Of a DNA stretch of 26,672 bases, positions 15,649-23,931 are shown one piece after another. The stretch comes from an uncultured Nitratifractor sp. (GTDB taxonomy: Bacteria; Campylobacterota; Campylobacteria; Campylobacterales; Sulfurovaceae): assembly GCA_964433295.1 (NCBI GenBank), contig CAYSQV010000002.1, forward strand, positions 1-26,672, given 5' to 3'. Under the pieces are notes generated by a model. The model was not told the origin of the DNA. It was given only the letters and a program-made list of their open reading frames with translations, and ran no database searches. The stretch's first letter is position 1, and the number at the start of each line of letters is the position of its first letter. Made by a program: the position numbers and the translations under genes.

Positions 15649-17019
15649 TTACCATACCTTGCTTTTGTTCAGTTGCTGAAACTCTTCATGGGAGATCTCC
15701 CGGACCTTGCCGTCTGCGATCAGGAGAAAATGCTTTTTGCCGTCGTTGAGTGCCATTTTTTTCGGCCCCTCGGTATAATCGATAAACCCATGCCCTGTCG
15801 CCACGATCCATTTGCCTTTGTTGGTGTCAAAAGTCTGCGCCGCATTTGATGTGGCTACCCGGCGCTTCATGTTGACCAGGTCCACGATCCCCATCCAGAC
15901 TTTTTTGCGCGGTTTGAGGACGACGATCTTGGCGCGGGCCGCTTTGAGCTTGGCTGCTTTTTGACGGGCGGCTTCCTCGCGGGCCGCACGTTCACGGGCC
16001 GCACGTTCACGGGCCGCACGTTCGCGTATCGCCTTCTCTTCGGCTGCTTTTTGGCGGGCTTCCCGTTCACGCAGCGCTTTCTCTTCGGCCGCTTTCTGGC
16101 GGGCGGCTTCCTCTTCGGCTCTTTTTCGGGCGGCCTCCTCGTCGACCGGCTTGTCAGCGGTTTGCTCAACCGATTGCCCTGCGGTGGCGGTCGTTGTGGG
16201 GGATTTGTCCCCGGTTGTCGGGGCTGTTTGCGGATGGGAAACCGAAGGAACCTCTGTAGAGAACGGCGCTGCCTCTGTGCCGTTCTCTTCCGGAGCGGAG
16301 GCGATCGCTTCGTCTATCTCAAGACGCGGCTCCTGCGTAGCGGTCGACGGCACCGGCTGTGATTGGGACTGCGCCTCTTTGTCCGGTCGGGTGTTCCCCT
16401 TTGTCTCAACCTGCACTGCATCGGATTGGGTCTGTGTTTTGTCCGTTTTTTGGATCACAAATGTCTCTTTGTCTGCTTCCGGGCGGGTCGCAGAAGCGGC
16501 ATGGCCCCCCCCGTTTTGGAGCGCGGTCGTGTTCTTCTCTCCGCCGCCTATCCAGCCGGTTGCTTTCTGGATCATCGAAGCGAAAAAGCCGACATCCTCC
16601 CCGGTACGGCTCGCATTGGCATCCCCTTTGGTATTCGAATAGGTCTGCCAGGCAGCATAGAGCAATCCGATCGCCACCAGCCCGACCAGCAACGGCTTGA
16701 CAAAAGAGGGATACTGTCTGGGCATCGACATTTCACTGATCGCAGAGGGATTGCCCGGTGTCTGCTCTGCTGATCCGGAGGGATAGCCGGAAGGCTCCTG
16801 CATCGACCCGTCCGCGAAATACGCGTAACATGCCTCGCGAAGTTCACTCAGATCGGCTCGGTATTCCCGCTCCAGGATCGAGATAAATCCCAGCGCCTGC
16901 ACTTTGCGAAACGCGCCAAAATCCTGCGCAAACAGTTTTTCGAGGTTTTCGACCGACAAACGGGTTTTGTCGCTGATGGACTGGAGCGTATTTCCTTCGA
17001 TGATCTCATTCAGTTGCAT
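15649..17019 (-). CDS. RodZ-like bitopic membrane protein (N-terminal HTH-like region, one TM helix, long linker, charged single helix, C-terminal beta domain)
   Basis: ISDKTRLSVENLEKL…GFISILEREY N-terminus, TM LLVGLVAIGLLYAAW, Thr/Ala/Pro-rich linker, E/A/R/K-rich stretch, and C-terminal VVLKPRKKVWMG…GHG domain resembling DUF4115. Confidence 0.7.
   Translation of the reverse strand: MQLNEIIEGNTLQSISDKTRLSVENLEKLFAQDFGAFRKVQALGFISILEREYRADLSELREACYAYFADGSMQEPSGYPSGSAEQTPGNPSAISEMSMPRQYPSFVKPLLVGLVAIGLLYAAWQTYSNTKGDANASRTGEDVGFFASMIQKATGWIGGGEKNTTALQNGGGHAASATRPEADKETFVIQKTDKTQTQSDAVQVETKGNTRPDKEAQSQSQPVPSTATQEPRLEIDEAIASAPEENGTEAAPFSTEVPSVSHPQTAPTTGDKSPTTTATAGQSVEQTADKPVDEEAARKRAEEEAARQKAAEEKALREREARQKAAEEKAIRERAARERAARERAAREEAARQKAAKLKAARAKIVVLKPRKKVWMGIVDLVNMKRRVATSNAAQTFDTNKGKWIVATGHGFIDYTEGPKKMALNDGKKHFLLIADGKVREISHEEFQQLNKSKVW
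15980..16024. repeat. In-frame 15-bp tandem repeat x3 encoding ERAAR
   Basis: cgggccgcacgttca x2 plus cgggccgcacgttcg, read directly. Confidence 0.9.
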
Positions 17020-17692
17020 AACTCATCCTATGTATCAAAATTGCGGCAGCGGAGCTGACATTGAGCGAATCAAACGGGCGCTGCATCGTGATCGAGACCG
17101 TCGCATCGAGCCGGGCCCGGGCCTTTTTGGAGAGGCCCGTGGCTTCGTTGCCCAACACAAGCACCCGACGAGGCGCAAAGGTGACCGATTCGATCGCCGC
17201 CCCCTCCATCGACGCACCGTAGTGGCGAAACCCCACTTGAGCGAGTTCGTGCATCGCATCGAGGATGTTGGGCACAACCCCAAAAGGCATCTCCAGCAGG
17301 GCTCCTGCACTCGTACGGGCCACCGCAGCAAAATTGAGCTGCCGAACCCCCGAGGCCACGATCCCGTCCACCCCCAGCGCATAGGCGGTGCGGACAATCG
17401 CACCGATGTTGCCGGTATCGGTCAGCCCATCCAGCAACAGGACAAAATCCCCCGATTTGATCTGGGAGAGACTCGCCTCCTCAAAGGGGAACATCTGCAC
17501 CAGGATCCCCTGGTGGTTGCCCCCCTTGCTCATCGCCTGCGCCCAGCGATTTTCGAGAAACTTGACCTTGTCGCGATAGCGATCATACAACGGACGGGGG
17601 AGAATCCCCTTTTTGGCGATGTAGACCGTCTCGACCCGCTCTTCGTGTCGTTCCAATGCATGCAGGCACACCTGTTTTCCGTAAATAATCAT
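17006..17692 (-). CDS. rlmB: 23S rRNA (guanosine-2251-2'-O)-methyltransferase, SPOUT/TrmH family
   Basis: HQG, LDGLTDTGNIGAIVRTA, LVLGNEATG and DSLNVSSAAAI SPOUT motifs. Confidence 0.92.
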   Translation of the reverse strand: MIIYGKQVCLHALERHEERVETVYIAKKGILPRPLYDRYRDKVKFLENRWAQAMSKGGNHQGILVQMFPFEEASLSQIKSGDFVLLLDGLTDTGNIGAIVRTAYALGVDGIVASGVRQLNFAAVARTSAGALLEMPFGVVPNILDAMHELAQVGFRHYGASMEGAAIESVTFAPRRVLVLGNEATGLSKKARARLDATVSITMQRPFDSLNVSSAAAILIHRMSYATE

Positions 17693-17738
17693 GGTAGATT
17701 TTATCGAAAAATTACTTGAAGCCGTCCATTCCTGCTTG

Positions 17739-18554
17739 TTACTTCTTGCTTTTTAGCTCTTCATACCACTCTTTGACACTCTGATCACTCAGGAGGGACA
17801 GCAGTTTGGCTTTGGGCTTGGGGGGAAGCTCGAGACGAAGCACCTGCTCGAGGGTAAGGGTTGGCACCCGGCTGTCATGGCCGCGGATCACCAGAACCCA
17901 CTCACCCCGAATCGTCCCGTCCGGGATCTGTTCCCGAACCGATTCGGCCGTGCCACGGTAGTAGTGCTGATGCCGCTTGGTCAGTTCTTTGGCGACAAAG
18001 ATCTCCCGGGAAGGATTGGCCGAGACCAACGCATCGAGAAGTTTTCCGAGCCGATGGGGCGCCTCGTAGAGGATCGCATCGGCAGAACAGCCAAGCACCG
18101 CATCCAGAGCCGCCTGCCGCTGGCGTCCTTTGTGGGGAAGGAAACCAAAAAAGCGAAAATCCCCGCTCTCAAACCCGCTGGCTGCATACGCCGTTACGAC
18201 TGCCGAGGCTCCGGGGAGTACATCGTACATCACCCCCTGCTCTTGCGCCCATGCGACCAACAACTGCCCCGGATCAGAGATCGCCGGCATCCCCGCATCG
18301 CTGACAAAAACAATACGTTGCCGCGCCAGCCTCTGGCCCAACTCCTCCAAACGCTGCGCTCCGTTGTGCTCATGAAACGAATAAAAATCGGCTTGCGGAA
18401 AACGCATCTCAAACCGCTCCTCAAGGAGCCGCAGCAGCTTTTTGGTCTGGCGGGTATCTTCGCACAGAAAAAGCTCCGCCTGTTCAAACAGACGCATCGC
18501 ACGGATGGTGATGTCCTGGATATTGCCGATGGGGGTGGGGATGAGGGTGATCAT
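17739..18554 (-). CDS. rsmI: 16S rRNA (cytidine-1402-2'-O)-methyltransferase
   Basis: TPIGNIQDIT, CEDTR, SDAGMPAISDPG, YEAPHR and KELTK motifs. Confidence 0.97.
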   Translation of the reverse strand: MITLIPTPIGNIQDITIRAMRLFEQAELFLCEDTRQTKKLLRLLEERFEMRFPQADFYSFHEHNGAQRLEELGQRLARQRIVFVSDAGMPAISDPGQLLVAWAQEQGVMYDVLPGASAVVTAYAASGFESGDFRFFGFLPHKGRQRQAALDAVLGCSADAILYEAPHRLGKLLDALVSANPSREIFVAKELTKRHQHYYRGTAESVREQIPDGTIRGEWVLVIRGHDSRVPTLTLEQVLRLELPPKPKAKLLSLLSDQSVKEWYEELKSKK

Positions 18555-18602
18555 GGGGTGCGGGGGCAGATTCTGTGCTCTGCCCGCAAGAGAAAAAACG
18601 GC

Positions 18603-18803
18603 TTAGCCGAGGTTGTACTTTTTCTTGAACTTGTCGACACGACCGGCGGCATCCACGATCTTCTCCGAACCGGTGAAGAAGGGGTGGCATTCGTTGCAAA
18701 TGTCGATGGAGAGCTCGGGTTTGTTCGAGCGCACTTCAAACGAGTTGCCGCAGGCGCAGGTGACTTTGGTGGTCATGTATTCGGGATGGATATCTTTTTT
18801 CAT
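18603..18803 (-). CDS. rpmE: 50S ribosomal protein L31, zinc-binding type A
   Basis: 66 aa MKKDIHPEY…CACG…[12 protein letters not shown]…GRVDKF, with all four Cys present and SD AAGGA. Confidence 0.98.
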   Translation of the reverse strand: MKKDIHPEYMTTKVTCACGNSFEVRSNKPELSIDICNECHPFFTGSEKIVDAAGRVDKFKKKYNLG

Positions 18804-18952
18804 CAAAGATCCTTGTTGATTGTGATGGTGTGACAGGCAACCAACCTGTTCTGACCGCCACTTCGGGGCGGTCCTTCCGCATCCTGAACCCAGGAAGGGG
18901 TCGCTGCAACGCATGGTCGCGAGACAGCTCTCTCGTATGCACGAGGAAAAGA
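18804..18952 (-). ncRNA. Candidate structured RNA: ~150-nt rpmE 5' leader (or an sRNA), family not recognised
   Basis: TATAAT at 18959-18964, then four GC-rich hairpins and one long-range stem before the rpmE SD. No tRNA, SRP, 6S or riboswitch consensus that I can match. Confidence 0.5.
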
Positions 18953-18980
18953 GTGCGTATTATATCGAAAAAGGTTTAAA

Positions 18981-19652
18981 TCAGAGCAAAATCCGGCTCG
19001 CAACCGCCACGGCGGCACTCTCACTGCGCAGGATTATCGGCGTATCAAGCCCCACGATCTGATCGGGCGCAAAGAGGGCTGCTTCGGCGTCAGTAAACCC
19101 CCCTTCGGGGCCGATGATGACCGTCGCATTCTTCTCCCCATCGCACGAGAGTGTTGCATCGGAAAAGTGAAGCATCTGCGCTTCAGGGTACTCGGCGAGG
19201 AAGGTGGCAATATCGGAAGCCGTGGTGATCCGCATCCGATCGCTGCGGCCGCACTGCTGGGAGGAGTTGGTAAGAATTTTTTCCAATCGCTCCGGATCGA
19301 GACGAAAGTGCTTCTGGCTGCGGTCGCAGTCAATGAAGGTGGTCGCACTCACCCCGATCTCGTTGAGGATCGGCAGGACTTTCTCGATCATCTTGGGATC
19401 GATCCGGCACCAGCCGATGTGCAGGGCCCGGCGGGGGGTGATGGGAAGCCTTTCGGTTGCCTGACGTGACAGCTCAGCCGTACGGCGTTCGATCCGTTCG
19501 AGGATATAAAAATAAATATCATGATCTCCACCTCTGCGCAGAGCAACCCGATCGCCAACGCGGTGGCGGCGTACTTTGATCAGGTAGCGGTAGGCATCTC
19601 CCTCGAGGGTAATCCGGGATGCGCCTGTTTCAGGGTGGAGAAGATACTGCAT
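18981..19652 (-). CDS. rsmE: 16S rRNA (uracil-1498-N3)-methyltransferase
   Basis: YLIKVRR, EIGV, SQQCGR, IGPEGGF and ILRSESA motifs. Likely start is MQYL at 19652. Confidence 0.95.
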   Translation of the reverse strand: MQYLLHPETGASRITLEGDAYRYLIKVRRHRVGDRVALRRGGDHDIYFYILERIERRTAELSRQATERLPITPRRALHIGWCRIDPKMIEKVLPILNEIGVSATTFIDCDRSQKHFRLDPERLEKILTNSSQQCGRSDRMRITTASDIATFLAEYPEAQMLHFSDATLSCDGEKNATVIIGPEGGFTDAEAALFAPDQIVGLDTPIILRSESAAVAVASRILL

Positions 19653-19659
19653 GAAGGAA

Positions 19660-20052
19660 TCAACCGTAGAGTCCATAGAGGAATGCAACCAGCGTCAAAA
19701 CCAGTTCGCCGCCGACAACAACGGTATTAAATCCCGAACCGTCGTCGCCACTAAGCCAGAGGCGTTTGAGCCGAATCGCACGATACCCGTCCATCACCGG
19801 CAGAATCAGCGCGGCGACGATCATGACAATCACCCGCCCCGGCAGCGCCCGCTGGGTAAACATCCAGTCGATGACTCCCGCAAATGCCGTCATCGTCCAA
19901 AAAGCCCAAAAGGCGAAATACCCTACCCGCATCCAAAAGATCATTCGCACAATGTTCTGGCGCATCCCATACGGGATCAACAGATTGATCACCATTACCG
20001 CCAGCAATCCTTCAGCTGCCCAGCGGTGGTAACCTATGATCTCATCGAGCAT
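19660..20052 (-). CDS. Hypothetical integral membrane protein (about 4 TM)
   Basis: 130 aa, hydrophobic. Start overlaps the napD stop (TGATG). Occupies the position next to rsmE that I recall for a small membrane protein in Campylobacter. Confidence 0.8.
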   Translation of the reverse strand: MLDEIIGYHRWAAEGLLAVMVINLLIPYGMRQNIVRMIFWMRVGYFAFWAFWTMTAFAGVIDWMFTQRALPGRVIVMIVAALILPVMDGYRAIRLKRLWLSGDDGSGFNTVVVGGELVLTLVAFLYGLYG

Positions 20053-20402
20053 CAGAAGCGCTTCTTGAGGTCGCCGTGATAGACGATGTCAGCCGCATCG
20101 ATTGTATCATCATTGAGCATAGCCGGGACCGCATCTTCCTCTTCGAGTTTGCGAACCTCTTCGTCCAGCATCTCCTCCTGGTAGGTCTGCATCATGTCTG
20201 CGGCGATGATATGGGGCATCTCCTGAATGGCGGTGAGTTTTTTGATCTCCTCTTCGACATCCTCTCCTTCGATGGTGATAATGATTTTCCCCTTCTCTTT
20301 GTCCCCAAAATGGTAGTCACACAGACCGCTCTGCTCAAGCTGCCGGCGCACCTCGTCGTAATATTCGCTGCGGCACTGCACCACGATGCTGGAAATGTTC
20401 AT
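20052..20402 (-). CDS. napD: Periplasmic nitrate reductase chaperone NapD
   Basis: MNISSIVV…GKIIITIEG…I.A.M pattern with an acidic C-terminal extension; SD AAGGAG; last nap gene. Confidence 0.92.
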   Translation of the reverse strand: MNISSIVVQCRSEYYDEVRRQLEQSGLCDYHFGDKEKGKIIITIEGEDVEEEIKKLTAIQEMPHIIAADMMQTYQEEMLDEEVRKLEEEDAVPAMLNDDTIDAADIVYHGDLKKRF

Positions 20403-20416
20403 GTTTGCTCCTTGGA

Positions 20417-20451
20417 TTTAGCGTTGAGCGTTTAGCGCTCAGGATTTAGTA
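20417..20451. repeat. Degenerate heptamer array (TTTAGCG/TTGAGCG) upstream of napD
   Basis: tttagcg ttgagcg tttagcg ctcagga tttagta, read directly. Confidence 0.7.
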
Positions 20452-20453
20452 AT

Positions 20454-20475
20454 AAAAAGCTTCGCATCGCGAAGC
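20454..20475 (-). terminator. Intrinsic terminator-like hairpin between napL and napD
   Basis: GCTTCGC-gat-GCGAAGC followed by TTTTTATT on the minus strand. Confidence 0.65.
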
Positions 20476-20483
20476 ATACCAAA

Positions 20484-20511
20484 ACTATTCACTACTAACT
20501 CATCACTCAGC
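20484..20511. repeat. Degenerate heptamer array (ACTNNNN)x4 after the napL stop
   Basis: actattc actacta actcatc actcagc, with ACT recurring every 7 nt. Confidence 0.65.
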
Positions 20512-21467
20512 TAAGGTAGGTTCCACACCAGTACCGTACCATCGTCGCTGCCGCTTATGAGGGTTTTTTCGTCGACGAACACGATGGCGTTGAGCGTACT
20601 CTTTTGCCCTTTGAGGACTGCTATCTTTGTGCGGGTCTGAAGATCATACACCGAGATGCTGTTGTCCTCGTCCATGGCAAATGCCGCATACCGTCCGCTG
20701 GGGCTGAGCCCAGTCGCATAGATCAGAAACGATGCCTGAAAAAAATCCCCCTGCCCGGTGGAGACCCTGTACCAGGCAGCACGGCGATCCTGCCCGGCAG
20801 CCGTGACGATCCCCGATCGAAAATCGACCTTGTACACGTTGTCCTTATTAATCCCTTTGAGTTCCTTCAGAACCTTTCCGGTCCGGGTATCGATCACCGT
20901 GATCGCGCCGCTTTCACAGCTGTAGACCGCCTGGGTGCGCTCTTCGTTGAGCGCAAAATCGGAAAACTTGGATTCACTCAACTGGACACGGTAAAGCTCC
21001 TTTTTGGTCGCGATCTCCAAAAGGGCCGCTTCGTTGCTGAGAAAACCGAGTAAAATATGATCTTTGTCGATAAAACGGGCTTTGACCAATGTTTTTTTGT
21101 CTGCAGCCGAGAGGAGTTTTTTGGTCACATTGTTTTCGTGAATCCACAGATCACTGTAACCCCTGTCTCCACTGTCGCTCAGCAAAAGATAGCGCCCGTC
21201 CATGTAATCAACGCTCGCGGCTGCTGCAAAGATCTCATCCCCCATAAAATCCTTGATCTTAGGCAAAACGATCTCTTTGGTCAGTTGACCGGTCGCAAAA
21301 TCATATACCTGCAGCTTCCCGTGGCTGGTTCCGACATAGAGCCAGGGGGCATGCACGACCAGGTCTTTGGCATTGCCGTCAATGTGGATCGATCCGGAAG
21401 GGGCAACTGTCGCAGCGGCGTGCAAGACGCCCGCCCAGATAAACAGGGTCAAAAAAAGTTGTTTCAT
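20511..21467 (-). CDS. napL: NapL, exported WD40/beta-propeller nitrate reductase accessory protein
   Basis: Sec signal, repeated WD-like blades (SGSDDGTVLVW), and position in the nap operon. Confidence 0.88.
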   Translation of the reverse strand: MKQLFLTLFIWAGVLHAAATVAPSGSIHIDGNAKDLVVHAPWLYVGTSHGKLQVYDFATGQLTKEIVLPKIKDFMGDEIFAAAASVDYMDGRYLLLSDSGDRGYSDLWIHENNVTKKLLSAADKKTLVKARFIDKDHILLGFLSNEAALLEIATKKELYRVQLSESKFSDFALNEERTQAVYSCESGAITVIDTRTGKVLKELKGINKDNVYKVDFRSGIVTAAGQDRRAAWYRVSTGQGDFFQASFLIYATGLSPSGRYAAFAMDEDNSISVYDLQTRTKIAVLKGQKSTLNAIVFVDEKTLISGSDDGTVLVWNLP

Positions 21468-21501
21468 TTTGGCTCACTTTTGATAAAAATTCGCACGGTT
21501 T

Positions 21502-21858
21502 TCATCCAAGAACCTTCTCGATCTCATCGAGGATCGCCAGGGCAATCTGCTCTTCATCGAGCTGGGTCACCACACCCCAGAGATCCCCCTCCGAGTCGTA
21601 GCAATCCTCAAACGCCGCGTGATGCTTGATCCGATCGGGTATCCCGGCCAGCAATTCGCCGACAGCTTCTACCACCGGCGCATGGAGATAAACCATATGG
21701 GTGTACACACTCGGATCATACAGATCATCGGTCAATTCGTCATCATCGATGTCCTCATCGTTCTCATCGACAACGATCAGGTTGCGTAGCAAAACGTCCG
21801 GATCATCCAGACGCGCAAAGAGTTGGGGGTAGCGCCTTTGCAGTTCTTCGGTGGTCAC
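21502..21858 (-). CDS. Hypothetical highly acidic protein inserted in the nap operon
   Basis: GTG start with SD AAGGAG, 118 aa, Asp/Glu-rich (DENDEDIDDDELTDD). Possible extended -10 (TGT-CATAAT) at 21888-21896. Confidence 0.8.
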   Translation of the reverse strand: MTTEELQRRYPQLFARLDDPDVLLRNLIVVDENDEDIDDDELTDDLYDPSVYTHMVYLHAPVVEAVGELLAGIPDRIKHHAAFEDCYDSEGDLWGVVTQLDEEQIALAILDEIEKVLG

Positions 21859-21912
21859 GCGTATCTCCTTAGTTCAAATGGGTAGGGATTATGACACAAA
21901 ACAGTAAACGAA

Positions 21913-22452
21913 TCATTGCATTGCGCCCTCGGCCGTCGGCCAGGGCAACGGGACGTAGTCGATCGCGTGTGTCGGACACCGGCCCAGACAAAAACCGCAT
22001 CCGGTACATCGGTCCTCATCGATGACCGGATTGAACATCCCGTTGAAAAGGATCGCATCCTCCATGCAGGGCTCTTTGCACGCAAAACAGATCACCCCGT
22101 TGTGTGCCATGCACGCTTCGCTTTGAATACGAAAACGGGCATTGATCCACTCGACCCCTCCGCTGCGCTCGATGCTGAGCACGTCGGCTTCGCACACCTC
22201 GGCGCACGCCTCACAAAAAGTGCATCCGTTGAGAGAAAAATCGAGCGTCGGCACTCCGTTCTCATCCAGGACAATGATCTTCTCTTCACAAGAGGCGACG
22301 CATGCTTTGGATTCGCATGCAAGACACCCGCTCTGAAAAAGAGACTCATCCTCTCCATAGGGAGGACGCACCACCCGGGGCGCCTCCTCGGCAGGGACCG
22401 GAGCCCCCAAAGGTGTAGCGAGGGATCGGAAGAAATCTCGCCGTGATGCCAC
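21913..22452 (-). CDS. napF: Ferredoxin-type protein NapF
   Basis: SRRDFF N-terminus without a hydrophobic core, RPPYG, and four Cys clusters (e.g. CTFCEACAEVC, CTGCGFCLGRCP). GTG start directly after the napB stop. Confidence 0.92.
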   Translation of the reverse strand: MASRRDFFRSLATPLGAPVPAEEAPRVVRPPYGEDESLFQSGCLACESKACVASCEEKIIVLDENGVPTLDFSLNGCTFCEACAEVCEADVLSIERSGGVEWINARFRIQSEACMAHNGVICFACKEPCMEDAILFNGMFNPVIDEDRCTGCGFCLGRCPTHAIDYVPLPWPTAEGAMQ

Positions 22453-23118
22453 TTACTCGACACCTGCGTTCATGACATCGATGAGGTTGGACTTGGACTT
22501 GAGGGTCCCGTCTTGACCAAAGTCTGCCTGGAACGTATTGCCCACGGCGGTATCGATGTTTGCCTGCGGTACATGGCATTGTGAACAGTTGTAGCGCCCC
22601 TGGTAGAGGGTTTTAAGTTTTTTGGCCTTGGCAATGACCACATCCGATGTGTTGGACACACCCAGCTCTTTCCCTTCTTTGATCACTTTGCCATCTTTCA
22701 TCTCGGTATCGGGACGGAAGTTGACAAAATGCGAAGGGGGAATGGGGGTTGCCTTGGCTGCAGCAGCCACTTCAGGCATATGGCAGCTGAGGCAGGAATT
22801 GTTGGCTTTGGTGATGGGCAACAGCCCTTCGACACTGTGGGGGATCATTGGAGGCGCATTGACAAACGCCCGCTCATACCGTACCCCCGAACCCGGTGCC
22901 GGTGCGTCAAATTTAACCTCCGGCAGAGCAACATCCTCCGCTTTGTTGAGCAGCAGAGCTGTCTCATCGTAGGTTTTCTCCTTGTTGCCAAGATCTTCTT
23001 TGGCGATCCGATCGGCATTGTTCATGTCCTTGTTGATGTTGACCACTTTTTCGCCGGCTGTAGCAGAGAGTGTGATCAGCCCCAAAGCTGCCATCGCCAT
23101 CAAACTGTGTTTTAGCAT
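22453..23118 (-). CDS. napB: Periplasmic nitrate reductase diheme cytochrome c subunit
   Basis: Signal peptide, NAPPMIPH, two CxxCH motifs (CLSCH, CSQCH), GRYNCSQCHVPQ. Confidence 0.97.
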   Translation of the reverse strand: MLKHSLMAMAALGLITLSATAGEKVVNINKDMNNADRIAKEDLGNKEKTYDETALLLNKAEDVALPEVKFDAPAPGSGVRYERAFVNAPPMIPHSVEGLLPITKANNSCLSCHMPEVAAAAKATPIPPSHFVNFRPDTEMKDGKVIKEGKELGVSNTSDVVIAKAKKLKTLYQGRYNCSQCHVPQANIDTAVGNTFQADFGQDGTLKSKSNLIDVMNAGVE

Positions 23119-23127
23119 TTTGACTCC

Positions 23128-23931
23128 TTATTTTTTGTTTCCGAGTGCCAGGATGCTAAATCCCAGCGCATCGTCGTCGCATACATCGATGCAGCGTCCG
23201 CAATTGGTGCACTCCGGCTGCACGACCCGCTCGCTGCGCTTGCCGATCATGTTGAGCACTTGCACTTCGGGGCACACATCTTTGCATTTCATGCACAGCG
23301 TACAGTTGTCGCTGTTGTGCTTGACGCTCAGAAGTGCGTATTTTCCCAGAAGGGAGTGGACACCACCCAGCGGACAGATGTGTCCGCACCAACCGTTTTT
23401 CAATACAAATAGATCCAAAAGGAAGATCGCCACCAGCAACCCCGCTCCCGCACCAAAACCGAAGATCACTCCCCGGTTGAAAATGGTAATGGGTGAGACG
23501 ATCTCAAAGGCAGCAAACCCGGCCACAGCCGAGACCACCAGCGCGATCGCGATCATGTAATAGCGGGCATTGCGTGTCACCCAGATTTTGCGTTCGATCT
23601 TGTCAATGAGCAGTTTGCGTCGGGTCCAGGCCGCTGCGTCGGTAATCATGTTGACCGGACACACCCAGCTGCAAAATGCCCGACCGCCGATGATGCCGTA
23701 AAAGAGTGCGATGATGATCGCGCCCACAATGACATCCAGCCCCAGTGAGGCCCCCGCAGCCAACATCTGCAATACCGCAAACGGATCACTCAACGGGATC
23801 GTCCCCAGCACCGATGAGCTGGAGATTGTTCCCGAAAGAATTTTCCACCCATAGGCGTGGGCGCCGAAATAGAGCACCAACAATCCGATCTGCGTGATTC
23901 GGCGCAGGATGAGATACTTCATGTTACTCAT
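23128..23931 (-). CDS. napH: Quinol dehydrogenase membrane/ferredoxin subunit NapH
   Basis: RRITQIG, GRAFCSWVCP, GWCGHICPLG and two C-terminal 4Fe-4S motifs. Start is ATG 23931 or 23922. Confidence 0.96.
   Translation of the reverse strand: MSNMKYLILRRITQIGLLVLYFGAHAYGWKILSGTISSSSVLGTIPLSDPFAVLQMLAAGASLGLDVIVGAIIIALFYGIIGGRAFCSWVCPVNMITDAAAWTRRKLLIDKIERKIWVTRNARYYMIAIALVVSAVAGFAAFEIVSPITIFNRGVIFGFGAGAGLLVAIFLLDLFVLKNGWCGHICPLGGVHSLLGKYALLSVKHNSDNCTLCMKCKDVCPEVQVLNMIGKRSERVVQPECTNCGRCIDVCDDDALGFSILALGNKK

Noticed and set aside
17732-17747. 13-nt match (AAGAAGTAACAAG, minus strand) between the rsmI stop region and the dapB-purF heptamer array
   Set aside because: Mostly coding sequence (Lys-Lys-stop), with no continued 7-nt periodicity or partner array. 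Probably coincidence.
18566-18587. GGGCAGA/TCTGCCC hairpin after rpmE as a terminator
   Set aside because: The U-run precedes rather than follows the stem on the coding strand. It may be a processing or stability hairpin but was not called.
18830-18900. Resemblance to SRP RNA (TCAGG…GGAAGGA), 6S RNA (GGGTTCAGG) or a tRNA-like end (…CTGTCACACCA)
   Set aside because: No AGCAG and no pairing around the GGAA loop for SRP. No terminal closing stem for 6S. Only 18 nt inside the would-be acceptor stem and no T-arm for a tRNA. Kept only as an unassigned structured leader.
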